Positions 1-7,769 of a DNA stretch of 64,000 nucleotides are shown piece after piece. The notes beneath the pieces were generated by a model that was not told the DNA's origin, made no database searches, and worked only from the letters and a program-made list of their open reading frames with translations. The translations under genes were made by a program, and so were the position numbers. Location: NCBI GenBank assembly GCA_964386095.1, contig CAYLQM010000001.1, forward strand, positions 4,372 to 68,371. Reading direction: 5' to 3'. Origin of the DNA: an uncultured Methanosarcinales archaeon. GTDB taxonomy: Archaea > Nanobdellota > Nanobdellia > Woesearchaeales > JASKKU01. The stretch's first letter is position 1. Every line of letters starts with the position of its first letter.

Positions 1-4
1 TCCA

Positions 5-634
5 ATGGGACCTTTTTCAGACAAATCTGAGGGAGAATTCCTTCAATGGTTGGATTTTCCATATTCCGGATTAGACTCTACAGAGCAATCGCTTTATATT
101 GTTGCAGAGCCACCTGAAGACATCTTTAATTCATCTTTATCTTCGGAATTTGGAAACGCTTATCCAAATTATGAATATAGACTGGCAATTTCAGATGATG
201 CTACAAGTGGAATAAACGGATTTTATTCCATGAAGCAGTTTACGGACATAAACAGTTTTTCTAAAACTGCCAAGGGGGAATATAAGTTTGTGATAACGCG
301 AGATTCTGACAACGATTTTAATTGGTTTCTTGTGTCGAATGAGACCGGAAACATTCTTACATATGCCTTAAAAACTGAGTATGAACCGATAACTTTTCTG
401 TTTGATGTGATTTTAGGTTTGCATTCTGAAGATTTTGTTCCTTACGGAAAGTATCCAGGTTACTCTTCTACACGACGTTATGACGACATTGTCAGTGGTT
501 GGTGGGAGCCTATTTTTCAAGGCATGGAACCGACTCCTGAAAACTTGGAAGAATTTTGTCCCGAGTTGACAAACACAATGAAAGATGAATTAGATTTTGC
601 AATCTCGTCAATTGAGGATTTTTTTTTCGAGTAA
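5..634 (+). CDS. Hypothetical protein (209 aa). The frame is open to the window edge, so it may be the C-terminal part of a longer protein.
   Basis: ORF 5..634 with no upstream stop before position 2. Asp/Glu-rich, with no recognisable motifs. Confidence 0.35.
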   Translation: MGPFSDKSEGEFLQWLDFPYSGLDSTEQSLYIVAEPPEDIFNSSLSSEFGNAYPNYEYRLAISDDATSGINGFYSMKQFTDINSFSKTAKGEYKFVITRDSDNDFNWFLVSNETGNILTYALKTEYEPITFLFDVILGLHSEDFVPYGKYPGYSSTRRYDDIVSGWWEPIFQGMEPTPENLEEFCPELTNTMKDELDFAISSIEDFFFE

Positions 635-890
635 TTCTTATTGATTTTTTTTCTGATTTTGTTAATGCTTTAAAATTTTAATTTTTTTGAATATATTTAA
701 TATAAATGTGCTTTATTTGAATGAAAAAATGCATTTTTTGTCTGTTTCATTACTCTCTTCTTTGTTCTTTTTTGTCATAAATCCGTTAAATCTTCTGAAA
801 ACACAATCCTGTTAAAAATAAATTATGTGCAAATAAATCAGATGTAGAAGTTATTTATTGTTCTTGGGATTGAATTTAAATTTTTAAAAA

Positions 891-906
891 TATTTATATT
901 TAAAAA
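891..906 (+). promoter_or_regulatory. Archaeal TATA-box-like element (TTTATATTTAAAAA) about 30 bp upstream of tRNA-Ala.
   Basis: AT-rich TATA-like octamer at the expected distance for a BRE/TATA promoter. Sequence-only call. Confidence 0.25.
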
Positions 907-929
907 GTGATTCCAATTAAAGAAATGAT

Positions 930-1001
930 GGGCCGGTAGCTCAGCGGTAGAGTGCTGCTCTCGCACAGCAGAAGCCGCGGGTTCAATTCCCGCCCGGTCC
1001 A
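930..1001 (+). tRNA. tRNA-Ala (anticodon CGC)
   Basis: GGGCCGGTAGCTCAGCGGTAGAGTGCTGCTCTCGCACAGCAGAAGCCGCGGGTTCAATTCCCGCCCGGTCCA. The 7-bp acceptor stem has the G3:U70 alanine identity pair. Anticodon loop is CTCGCAC, and the T-arm is GCGGG/TTCAATT/CCCGC. No CCA is encoded. Confidence 0.85.
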
Positions 1002-1009
1002 TTTCAGAA

Positions 1010-1708
1010 TTGTTAGTGAAAATTATGGCCATAAACACCAAAAAAATCCTGGACTTTTTTCATAAGGACCTTAATTATGAGGGTTATAAAATTTATTTTG
1101 AAACAGAGCGACCCGTGTCTTTACAAAAAGCAAAAGAAATTCAAGAAGATTATACTAAAAAAAATCTTAAACAGCCTTCTCTAGAAGAAATAATCTCTGT
1201 TTCTCAAAGGTTTTATTTTAAAGCCCTTGATGATGTGGAAGAAGTTGTTAAAAAGCAGGGTTTAGGGAAAAAATCTTATGTTCTTATGGGGGATAGGATC
1301 TTAGAGCATTTTAACAAATACACTAATTCTTATTCTAAATCTCTGAATCTGATTTTTGATTCTTTTAGTTTGGAGAACCGAGAGAAGTTTTACCCGCTGT
1401 TGCCGTTAGAAATGACCCGAAGATTTCAAAGTTTGTATTCTGAAAAAGAAACAGAAAACGGTGGTTACGATAAGATGCTTCATTATTTATTTTCCCAGTA
1501 CTTAACTGATAAATTGGGTCCATTGTGCTTATTAGTTCCATTGGAGAAGGTTTTTTCAATAAGTGAAGAACCAGTAACACATATTCTTATGGATATTAGT
1601 GCGGATTTTAGGGGCATGTTTAAATATTATCATGTTGTTTTGGGAAGGGAAAAATACTTGAAACCCAACCTTAGTTATGGTATTCATACTAATCAATGGT
1701 GGTGCTGA
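1010..1708 (+). CDS. Hypothetical protein (232 aa). The start could instead be the internal Met at 1025.
   Basis: Long ORF immediately 3' of the tRNA. No recognisable domain. Confidence 0.4.
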   Translation: MLVKIMAINTKKILDFFHKDLNYEGYKIYFETERPVSLQKAKEIQEDYTKKNLKQPSLEEIISVSQRFYFKALDDVEEVVKKQGLGKKSYVLMGDRILEHFNKYTNSYSKSLNLIFDSFSLENREKFYPLLPLEMTRRFQSLYSEKETENGGYDKMLHYLFSQYLTDKLGPLCLLVPLEKVFSISEEPVTHILMDISADFRGMFKYYHVVLGREKYLKPNLSYGIHTNQWWC

Positions 1709-1867
1709 TTGTAATTCCTTAAAAGATTATACAAAGATTAAAGTTAAAAATTCTAAGATTGTTCAAGCAGGCAGTTCTTTAAAGAAAATTTTATAAATCC
1801 AATCAGGAACCTTCATTTGAGGTGAATTCAAAGCGAATGTGGCTGATAAAGCTGAACGCTATAGAGG

Positions 1868-2422
1868 TTGATTGAAATGGGTTTTTATAAGTATGTTAGG
1901 CAAGTTTGGAAAAGACCAAAAGATTCTTTAGGTGAGTTGTACAAGGAAAGATTAGTTAAGTGGAGAAGAGAGCCGGCAGTAATCCGATTGGAACGACCTA
2001 CGAGGATTGATAGAGCAAGGGCTTTAGGTTATAAAGCCAAGCAGGGTTTTGTGATTGTTAGGGTGCGTGTTAAAAGGGGCACCAAAAAACGGGAGAAAAT
2101 TTCCGGCGGTCGAAGGTCCAAGACGAGCAGAAAATGGAAAACGCTTAAGGTTAATTATCGTTATGTTTGTGAGTTGAGGGCTCAGCGCAGGTATCCAAAC
2201 CTTGAAGTCCTGAATAGTTATTGGGTAGGTAAAGATGGCAAGCATTATTATTATGAAGTAATTTTGGTTGATAAGAATCATCCTGCCATTATGAACGACA
2301 AGGATATCTCATGGATTGCTAACAAGAAGAACGTTAGAAGAGTGTATAGGGGTTTAACTAGTGCGGCAAGAAAATTTAGAGGTCTGAGATGGAAAGGCAA
2401 GGGCGCTGAGAAAGCACGATAA
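1868..2422 (+). CDS. rpl15e: 50S ribosomal protein L15e
   Basis: The 184-aa basic protein is collinear with the L15e family. N-terminus is MGFYKYVRQVWKRP. Other matching stretches: ...RLERPTRIDRARALGYKAKQGFVIVRVRV..KRG and ...YWVGKDGKHYYYEVILVD. Confidence 0.9.
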   Translation: MIEMGFYKYVRQVWKRPKDSLGELYKERLVKWRREPAVIRLERPTRIDRARALGYKAKQGFVIVRVRVKRGTKKREKISGGRRSKTSRKWKTLKVNYRYVCELRAQRRYPNLEVLNSYWVGKDGKHYYYEVILVDKNHPAIMNDKDISWIANKKNVRRVYRGLTSAARKFRGLRWKGKGAEKAR

Positions 2423-2507
2423 ATTTATTTTTCTTTTTGCTATTTCTTTTATTTTAGGTAGTTTTATTTTAGATAGTTTTTTAAAACCTTTTTCTTTCTG
2501 AAAAACT

Positions 2508-3605
2508 ATGCCTGATTACTATGAGAAGATTAAGGAGTTAGAGAGAGAATTGTCTGAAACAAAGTATAACAAACGTACTCAGCATCATATTGGTTTAGTT
2601 AAAGCTAAGATTGCTCAACTTAGAGAGAAGATTGAACAGAGAACGAAATCTTCTTCCGGCGGTCAGGGTTATGCTGTTAGAAAGAGCGGTGATGGTACGG
2701 CAGTTCTGGTAGGTTATCCATCTACGGGTAAATCTACTCTCTTAAATGCTTTAACGAATGCAAATTCAGAAATCGGTGATTATGCGTTTACTACTTTGGA
2801 TGTGATTCCAGGTTTGCTTGAATACAAATTTGCAAAGATTCAAATTTTAGATGTTCCAGGTATTATTGATGGCGCAGCATTAGGGAGAGGTCGAGGTAAG
2901 GAAGTTCTTAGTGTTGTAAGGAATTGCGATTTAGTTATTATGGTTGTTGATGCAACTAATCTTAAGCAATTTGAGTCCCTTAAGAGAGAGCTTTTCTATG
3001 CAGGAGTTAGATTGAATAAACACAAACCAGATGTGATTATTAAACGTACAATGTCTAATGGAATAAAAATCCTTAAAACAGTTAAGCTCACGAAAATAGA
3101 TGTCTCAACCATAAAGACGATTCTTCATCAATTTCGGATTATGAATGCAGATGTTCTGATTAGGGAGAACATTAACGATGATGATTTGATTGATGTAATC
3201 GAGGGAAATAAAAGATATCTGCCAGCCATTACTGTTGTTAACAAGGTTGATTTGGTGAATGAACGAATTCTTAAGGAAACTAGAGAAAAAATAAACCCTG
3301 ACATCTTGATTTCTGCTAAAAACAAATTTCATATAGAAGAACTTAAGCAGTTAATCTATGATAAGTTCGGATTTATACATATCTTTATGAAGGAACCTAA
3401 CAAAGAGCCAGACTTGGAAGAGCCATTGATTATGAGGAAAGGTTGTACAATTGAGGATGTCTGCAATAAAATTCACAGGAGTTTTGTAAAAAATTTTAAA
3501 TACGCGCGGGTTTGGGGAAGAAGTGTAAAATTTCCAGGTCAGTTGAAAGGTTTAAAACACAAACTTTCCGAAGGAGATATTGTGGAATTGCATATCATTA
3601 ATTAA
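2508..3605 (+). CDS. drg: Drg-type (Obg family) GTP-binding protein with a C-terminal TGS domain
   Basis: G1 motif GYPSTGKST, G3 motif DVPG, G4 motif NKVD. The N-terminus is coiled-coil, and the C-terminal TGS-like region is KGCTIEDVCNKIH...VWGRSVKFPGQ. Confidence 0.85.
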   Translation: MPDYYEKIKELERELSETKYNKRTQHHIGLVKAKIAQLREKIEQRTKSSSGGQGYAVRKSGDGTAVLVGYPSTGKSTLLNALTNANSEIGDYAFTTLDVIPGLLEYKFAKIQILDVPGIIDGAALGRGRGKEVLSVVRNCDLVIMVVDATNLKQFESLKRELFYAGVRLNKHKPDVIIKRTMSNGIKILKTVKLTKIDVSTIKTILHQFRIMNADVLIRENINDDDLIDVIEGNKRYLPAITVVNKVDLVNERILKETREKINPDILISAKNKFHIEELKQLIYDKFGFIHIFMKEPNKEPDLEEPLIMRKGCTIEDVCNKIHRSFVKNFKYARVWGRSVKFPGQLKGLKHKLSEGDIVELHIIN

Positions 3606-3712
3606 TTGCAAGCATATTAAAAATATACCTTTTATTAAATCGCTAAACATAGATACAACTTAATTGAGTGGTTACAAATTGACTCTTTTTAATTCTTTTG
3701 AAAATCTTAAAT

Positions 3713-3856
3713 ATGGCAAAAACTCCTAATATAATTATGAGCGTGGATATCGAATGGGATGAGATGGTAATCCCTATGAGGAAGGGGTATATAAAATATG
3801 TACGGGAGTTTGTCAGGAATGAAGGTCGTGAAGACAACGAATCAATGGAAGAGTAA
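3713..3856 (+). CDS. Possible small protein (47 aa, MAKTPNIIMSVDIEWDEMVIPMRKGYIKYVREFVRNEGREDNESMEE). It is below the ORF-track size cut-off.
   Basis: Clean ATG..TAA ORF in an otherwise empty 300-bp gap, with non-low-complexity composition. No homology recognised. Confidence 0.2.
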   Translation: MAKTPNIIMSVDIEWDEMVIPMRKGYIKYVREFVRNEGREDNESMEE

Positions 3857-3919
3857 TTCAGTCTATTCTATGCTTTTCATTAAGATTTGGTTTGTTTGTG
3901 AGATGGGACTCTGTCCTTT

Positions 3920-4429
3920 TTATTCTCTTTTAACTTTGTACAGTCCTGTGGACATTAATAATTCGTATCTGTTTTTGAGTTCTAGGTAGATGGAATCCTT
4001 TTTTATTGAAGTGGCTTTTGGATAAACTTCGCTTAACAAGAAATCGTAAACTTTTCTGGCAGAGTTATACCGTTTTTCCTGAAAGTATTCGTCGAACAAT
4101 CCCAAACTCACATCGCATATTTCGTTAGAAAGGGCGTTTTTGTTTTCTTCAGAAAGTTTAGAATAATTCTCTTTTATGATATCGAAGAGTTTGATTGTTT
4201 TTGAAACTCTGTGCATGCTTATTAACTGCGAAATCTTTTCAACACATTTATTTATCTTTTTGAGGTAACGATTGTTCTTTTTTGTTTCGATTTTTATTCG
4301 TTTTAATTCTTCTTTTGTTTCTCTTTCCAATCTTGAGTTGATTCGTATTCTTTTGATGATAAGAGTAATCTTTGCAATTATTAATAATATGACGAAAGTA
4401 ATGCCTATGGATAATAAGTACCGATTCAT
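3920..4429 (-). CDS. Hypothetical membrane-anchored coiled-coil protein (169 aa)
   Basis: N-terminal TM helix (LLSIGITFVILLIIAKITLII) followed by a Lys/Glu-rich helical region. Lies downstream of rad50 on the same strand. Confidence 0.4.
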   Translation of the reverse strand: MNRYLLSIGITFVILLIIAKITLIIKRIRINSRLERETKEELKRIKIETKKNNRYLKKINKCVEKISQLISMHRVSKTIKLFDIIKENYSKLSEENKNALSNEICDVSLGLFDEYFQEKRYNSARKVYDFLLSEVYPKATSIKKDSIYLELKNRYELLMSTGLYKVKRE

Positions 4430-4517
4430 TTTTTATTTGATTTTTTGTTTGTTCACGAATTGGGTAAAACCAAATAAAATATTTGTTTATTACTTCCCAG
4501 TCAATTAAATTATGAAA

Positions 4518-6980
4518 TTATGCTTCCAAAACTCTGCTGATTGAGTTTTCTTTGTATATCCGGAATTTGTTGTCAACGAAGCTTTCTATTTTACTTTCGT
4601 GACTTACTAAAATTATCTGTTTAATATTTAATTCGTTTAAGACTTCTCTTACACGGTCCATCTGTTCGGTTGAGAATCCGTCGGTGGGTTCATCTAATAT
4701 AATTACATCCTTGGTTTTTATTTCAGATAAAAGATCGTTTATTACTTGATTAAGTGCTAATCTGTATGCCAAGGCAATGCTCGTTTTTTCGCCACCGGAT
4801 AGATCAAAGATTGAAGCATCATAACCGTTCTGTCTAACCCTTGGAGAAAACGATAAGTCCAAATCAACCTTAAGCGTTTCTTCATCAATAAGTTTAGATA
4901 ACCAGTTCTTAAACAGTTCATTAAATCGATGGTACACCCTTGCAAAAAGGTGTTTTTCAATGTTTTCAACCATGGGATTAAATACTTCGGATAACCAGCT
5001 TAAGATTTTATTCATTTCTTTTAGTTTTTTAATTGCAATTTCTTTCTCATTAATCTCTCTATTTAATTTGTCTATTTCTTTTTTGAGCTGATCCAGCATT
5101 TCGGTTTTCATAGATTGTTCAGATAAAAATCTGCTCAAATTCTCTTTAATTTTAAGGAATTCGTTCTCGACGGGTTTGAGTTCTTCGATTTCCTTTTCAA
5201 CAACTTTTTTCCTATCAGAACATTCTATTTGTTTATGATTTAACTCTTTTATTTTCTCTTTTAACTCCTGAATCCTTGAAATGTTTTCTTGCACCCTTTT
5301 TTCCCTTTCCTTTATGAGAAGCTGCTTTTTTTCTATTATGTTTATTGTTTCAATTTTTTCTTCAAGCCTGGTAAGATGTTTTCTTTTTTCTTCAATGTTT
5401 GTTGATGTGAGAATTTTTAATTTTGTTTTGATGTCTTTTTCTCTGCTTAACAATCCATCTTTGTGAATAATCTCTTTGCTGCCGTTTGAAATTTGTTTTT
5501 TTAGACTGGAAATCTGTTCAGAAACAATTAAAGACTTTTCATATCTTCTTTTCAATTTATCTAATTCTTTTTCAACAGATTTAATATTCTTTGAGATTTC
5601 TTCTATTTCTTTTGATAATTCCTGATTTTGTTCTTCAAGTTGCTTTATTTTAGAATTGTTGTCTGTTTGAATCTTTGTTTTATGCTCCTCATTGACTTTT
5701 TGTAAGCACATGGGACAAACCTTTAAATCCGAAACCTTGCTAATTATGCCTTGAAGTTCAACAATCTTGTGTTTGTTTGAATAAATTTTTTTCTCGATCT
5801 CCTGCTTTTCAAGGTTCAGTGTTGCTTTGACCTCCTCTTTTGTTTTAATTTGTTTTTTTAATATTTCGGGGGTTTCGATTGCACTCTTCTTCAATTCCCC
5901 GAGTTTTGATTTTAAGGATTTCAACTGTTCTTCATCGCGTTCAATTCTTTTTAATTGTGATTCAATGTTCTCAAGTTCTTTTCTTAGCGAGTTTATTTTT
6001 AGGCTATGTTGCGTTATTTCATCATTCAGTTTTTTGATTTCAGAAGAAATCTTGTCTTTGTTTTCTACGGATACTTTATAAGTTGAAATCTCATGCTTTA
6101 ACGACCCTAATTCTTTTTTCAGGGCTTCGTTTTCATGTTTTCTATTGATTGTTTCCCTGGCAACAAGCTCTGTTTCTGATTGAATCCTTGATGATAATTT
6201 CTCAAGCGTCATTAATTCCTTTTCTTTCTCGTTTAGCTTTTTTATTTTTTCATTGAGTTTTTCTTCCTGTTCTTTCAATTGTTTAATCGTGTTCTCAAGA
6301 CTTTTTATCGAAGAATTCAATTCTGAAAGATTTTTGTTCTTTTCTTTGAGTTCCTGTTTTTTATTATCAATATCAGAACAGTAACCTTCAAGATATTCTC
6401 TTTTCTCTTTAAGCAGTTGTTTTAATATTAGAGAATTGTCCCTGATTTTTTTGTATTTCTCAATCTGAAATATCTTTCTGAAAGTCTCTTTTCTTTCATC
6501 ATCGTTTATATTGAATATTTGCTTCATCTGTTCTTGAGGCGTGTACACAGTGAACCTGAAAATGGGAGATTTGGATTTACTTACAAGTTCTGATGGATAA
6601 TTTAAAAGACTGATAACTTTTTGTTTAAGTTCTGTGGGACTAAGAACGCTTTTTATTCCGTTGATTATGATGTAACTGTTTTCTTGTTTTATGCTATTTT
6701 TTAATCTCTTCAGATTTCTTCTAATAATGATTTTTTCATTGTTAATCATCAGAGTAAGTTCAACATACCCTGACGATTCTCCTCTTCTTAATAACGAGCT
6801 TGCTTTGAGGGAATCACCACTGGTGCCAGTCCCAAACAAAGCGAATTCAATAGCTTGAAGAATAGTGCTTTTGCCTGCCCCAATATCGCCCAAAAAAAGA
6901 GTTTTTCCTTTTGGAATTTCAATCTCGGTTGTGTCTTTATAGCTTCTAATGTTTTTAAGTTTAACAGATTTAATTATCAT
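4518..6980 (-). CDS. rad50: DNA double-strand break repair ATPase Rad50 (SbcC/SMC-like)
   Basis: N-terminal Walker A FLGDIGAGKSTIL. Long coiled coil with a central CxxC zinc hook (VCPMCLQKV). C-terminal ABC signature LSGGEKTSIALAYRLAL, Walker B IILDEPTDGFS and His-switch VSHE. Confidence 0.8.
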   Translation of the reverse strand: MIIKSVKLKNIRSYKDTTEIEIPKGKTLFLGDIGAGKSTILQAIEFALFGTGTSGDSLKASSLLRRGESSGYVELTLMINNEKIIIRRNLKRLKNSIKQENSYIIINGIKSVLSPTELKQKVISLLNYPSELVSKSKSPIFRFTVYTPQEQMKQIFNINDDERKETFRKIFQIEKYKKIRDNSLILKQLLKEKREYLEGYCSDIDNKKQELKEKNKNLSELNSSIKSLENTIKQLKEQEEKLNEKIKKLNEKEKELMTLEKLSSRIQSETELVARETINRKHENEALKKELGSLKHEISTYKVSVENKDKISSEIKKLNDEITQHSLKINSLRKELENIESQLKRIERDEEQLKSLKSKLGELKKSAIETPEILKKQIKTKEEVKATLNLEKQEIEKKIYSNKHKIVELQGIISKVSDLKVCPMCLQKVNEEHKTKIQTDNNSKIKQLEEQNQELSKEIEEISKNIKSVEKELDKLKRRYEKSLIVSEQISSLKKQISNGSKEIIHKDGLLSREKDIKTKLKILTSTNIEEKRKHLTRLEEKIETINIIEKKQLLIKEREKRVQENISRIQELKEKIKELNHKQIECSDRKKVVEKEIEELKPVENEFLKIKENLSRFLSEQSMKTEMLDQLKKEIDKLNREINEKEIAIKKLKEMNKILSWLSEVFNPMVENIEKHLFARVYHRFNELFKNWLSKLIDEETLKVDLDLSFSPRVRQNGYDASIFDLSGGEKTSIALAYRLALNQVINDLLSEIKTKDVIILDEPTDGFSTEQMDRVREVLNELNIKQIILVSHESKIESFVDNKFRIYKENSISRVLEA

Positions 6981-6995
6981 TATGGCTGGGTTGAT

Positions 6996-7643
6996 TTATT
7001 TCATATTTAAAATTTTGTTTAACAGTCCTGAAAGTTCCCTGATGGAACAAGCGTAACATTCTGGATTGTTATATATAATGTCCTCTTCTGTTGAGAACCC
7101 GTCGCAAATTCCTATTTTGATCAGGCCCCTGATTTTATTCCCGTATTCCAAATCATCAATCCCGTCAGTTATGAAGATGCATTCTTGTGATTTGAGCTTT
7201 CGTTTCTCTAATATTTTTCGGATTCGCTTGTCTTTGTGGGATGTTAATGAAAAGCCCTTTATTTCTTTAAAATACTTCAAGATGTCATGTTTTTTCAAAA
7301 TTCTTTTAATAATTGTTTTGAAATTGTTGGATACGATAATTAAATCAATTCCCTGTTTGTTTAATTTCTCAACAAGAGTTTTTATGCCGTGTTTTAATGG
7401 CGGATCAAAGTTCCTTGAGAACACCAAGAATGAATAGGTTAATATCGCAATCTTCTTTATGAAATTAGGATTCTTTTGTTTGAACAAATCCATAATTGTT
7501 TTTTTTCTTAAAGATTTAAATTCATTAATGTCTTTTAATGGTTTGATTTTGAATTTTTTAAGAATTTTATTGAGGTTCTCAAAAGCATAATTCAAAGAAT
7601 CAACAATCACGCCGTCAAAGTCGAATAAAACTGCCTTTATCAT
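6996..7643 (-). CDS. HAD-superfamily hydrolase (phosphatase-like)
   Basis: HAD motif I VLFDFDGVIVDS sits directly after an internal Met, which is the likely true start. The track ORF extends to 7721. Also motif II IVSNN and motif IV ITDGIDD. Confidence 0.7.
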   Translation of the reverse strand: MIKAVLFDFDGVIVDSLNYAFENLNKILKKFKIKPLKDINEFKSLRKKTIMDLFKQKNPNFIKKIAILTYSFLVFSRNFDPPLKHGIKTLVEKLNKQGIDLIIVSNNFKTIIKRILKKHDILKYFKEIKGFSLTSHKDKRIRKILEKRKLKSQECIFITDGIDDLEYGNKIRGLIKIGICDGFSTEEDIIYNNPECYACSIRELSGLLNKILNMK

Positions 7644-7769
7644 ACTTTTTTCGGCCGCTGGCGCATATTTAAAGGTATCGGTTTGCAGTCCTGAATTTTG
7701 GTTGATGCTGTTAAAATCCACAAAACAAAGAGATAGGACATTACGTTCAGAAGCGGTTGATTAAACAGT

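Noticed and set aside
838-1041. Minus-strand 67-aa ORF overlapping tRNA-Ala
   Set aside because: It fully overlaps a well-formed tRNA gene and the AT-rich promoter region, so it is a spurious ORF.
5281-6081. Plus-strand ORFs (5281..5466, 5827..6081) inside rad50
   Set aside because: These are antisense to the Rad50 coiled-coil region. Poly-Phe/Ser/Leu low-complexity translation is typical of reading Lys/Glu-rich coiled-coil codons backwards.
7644-7721. N-terminal 26 codons of the HAD ORF as listed in the track
   Set aside because: The HAD motif I (DxDGV) directly follows an internal Met. The extension is GC-rich and Ala-rich, unlike the rest of the gene, so it is probably non-coding leader.
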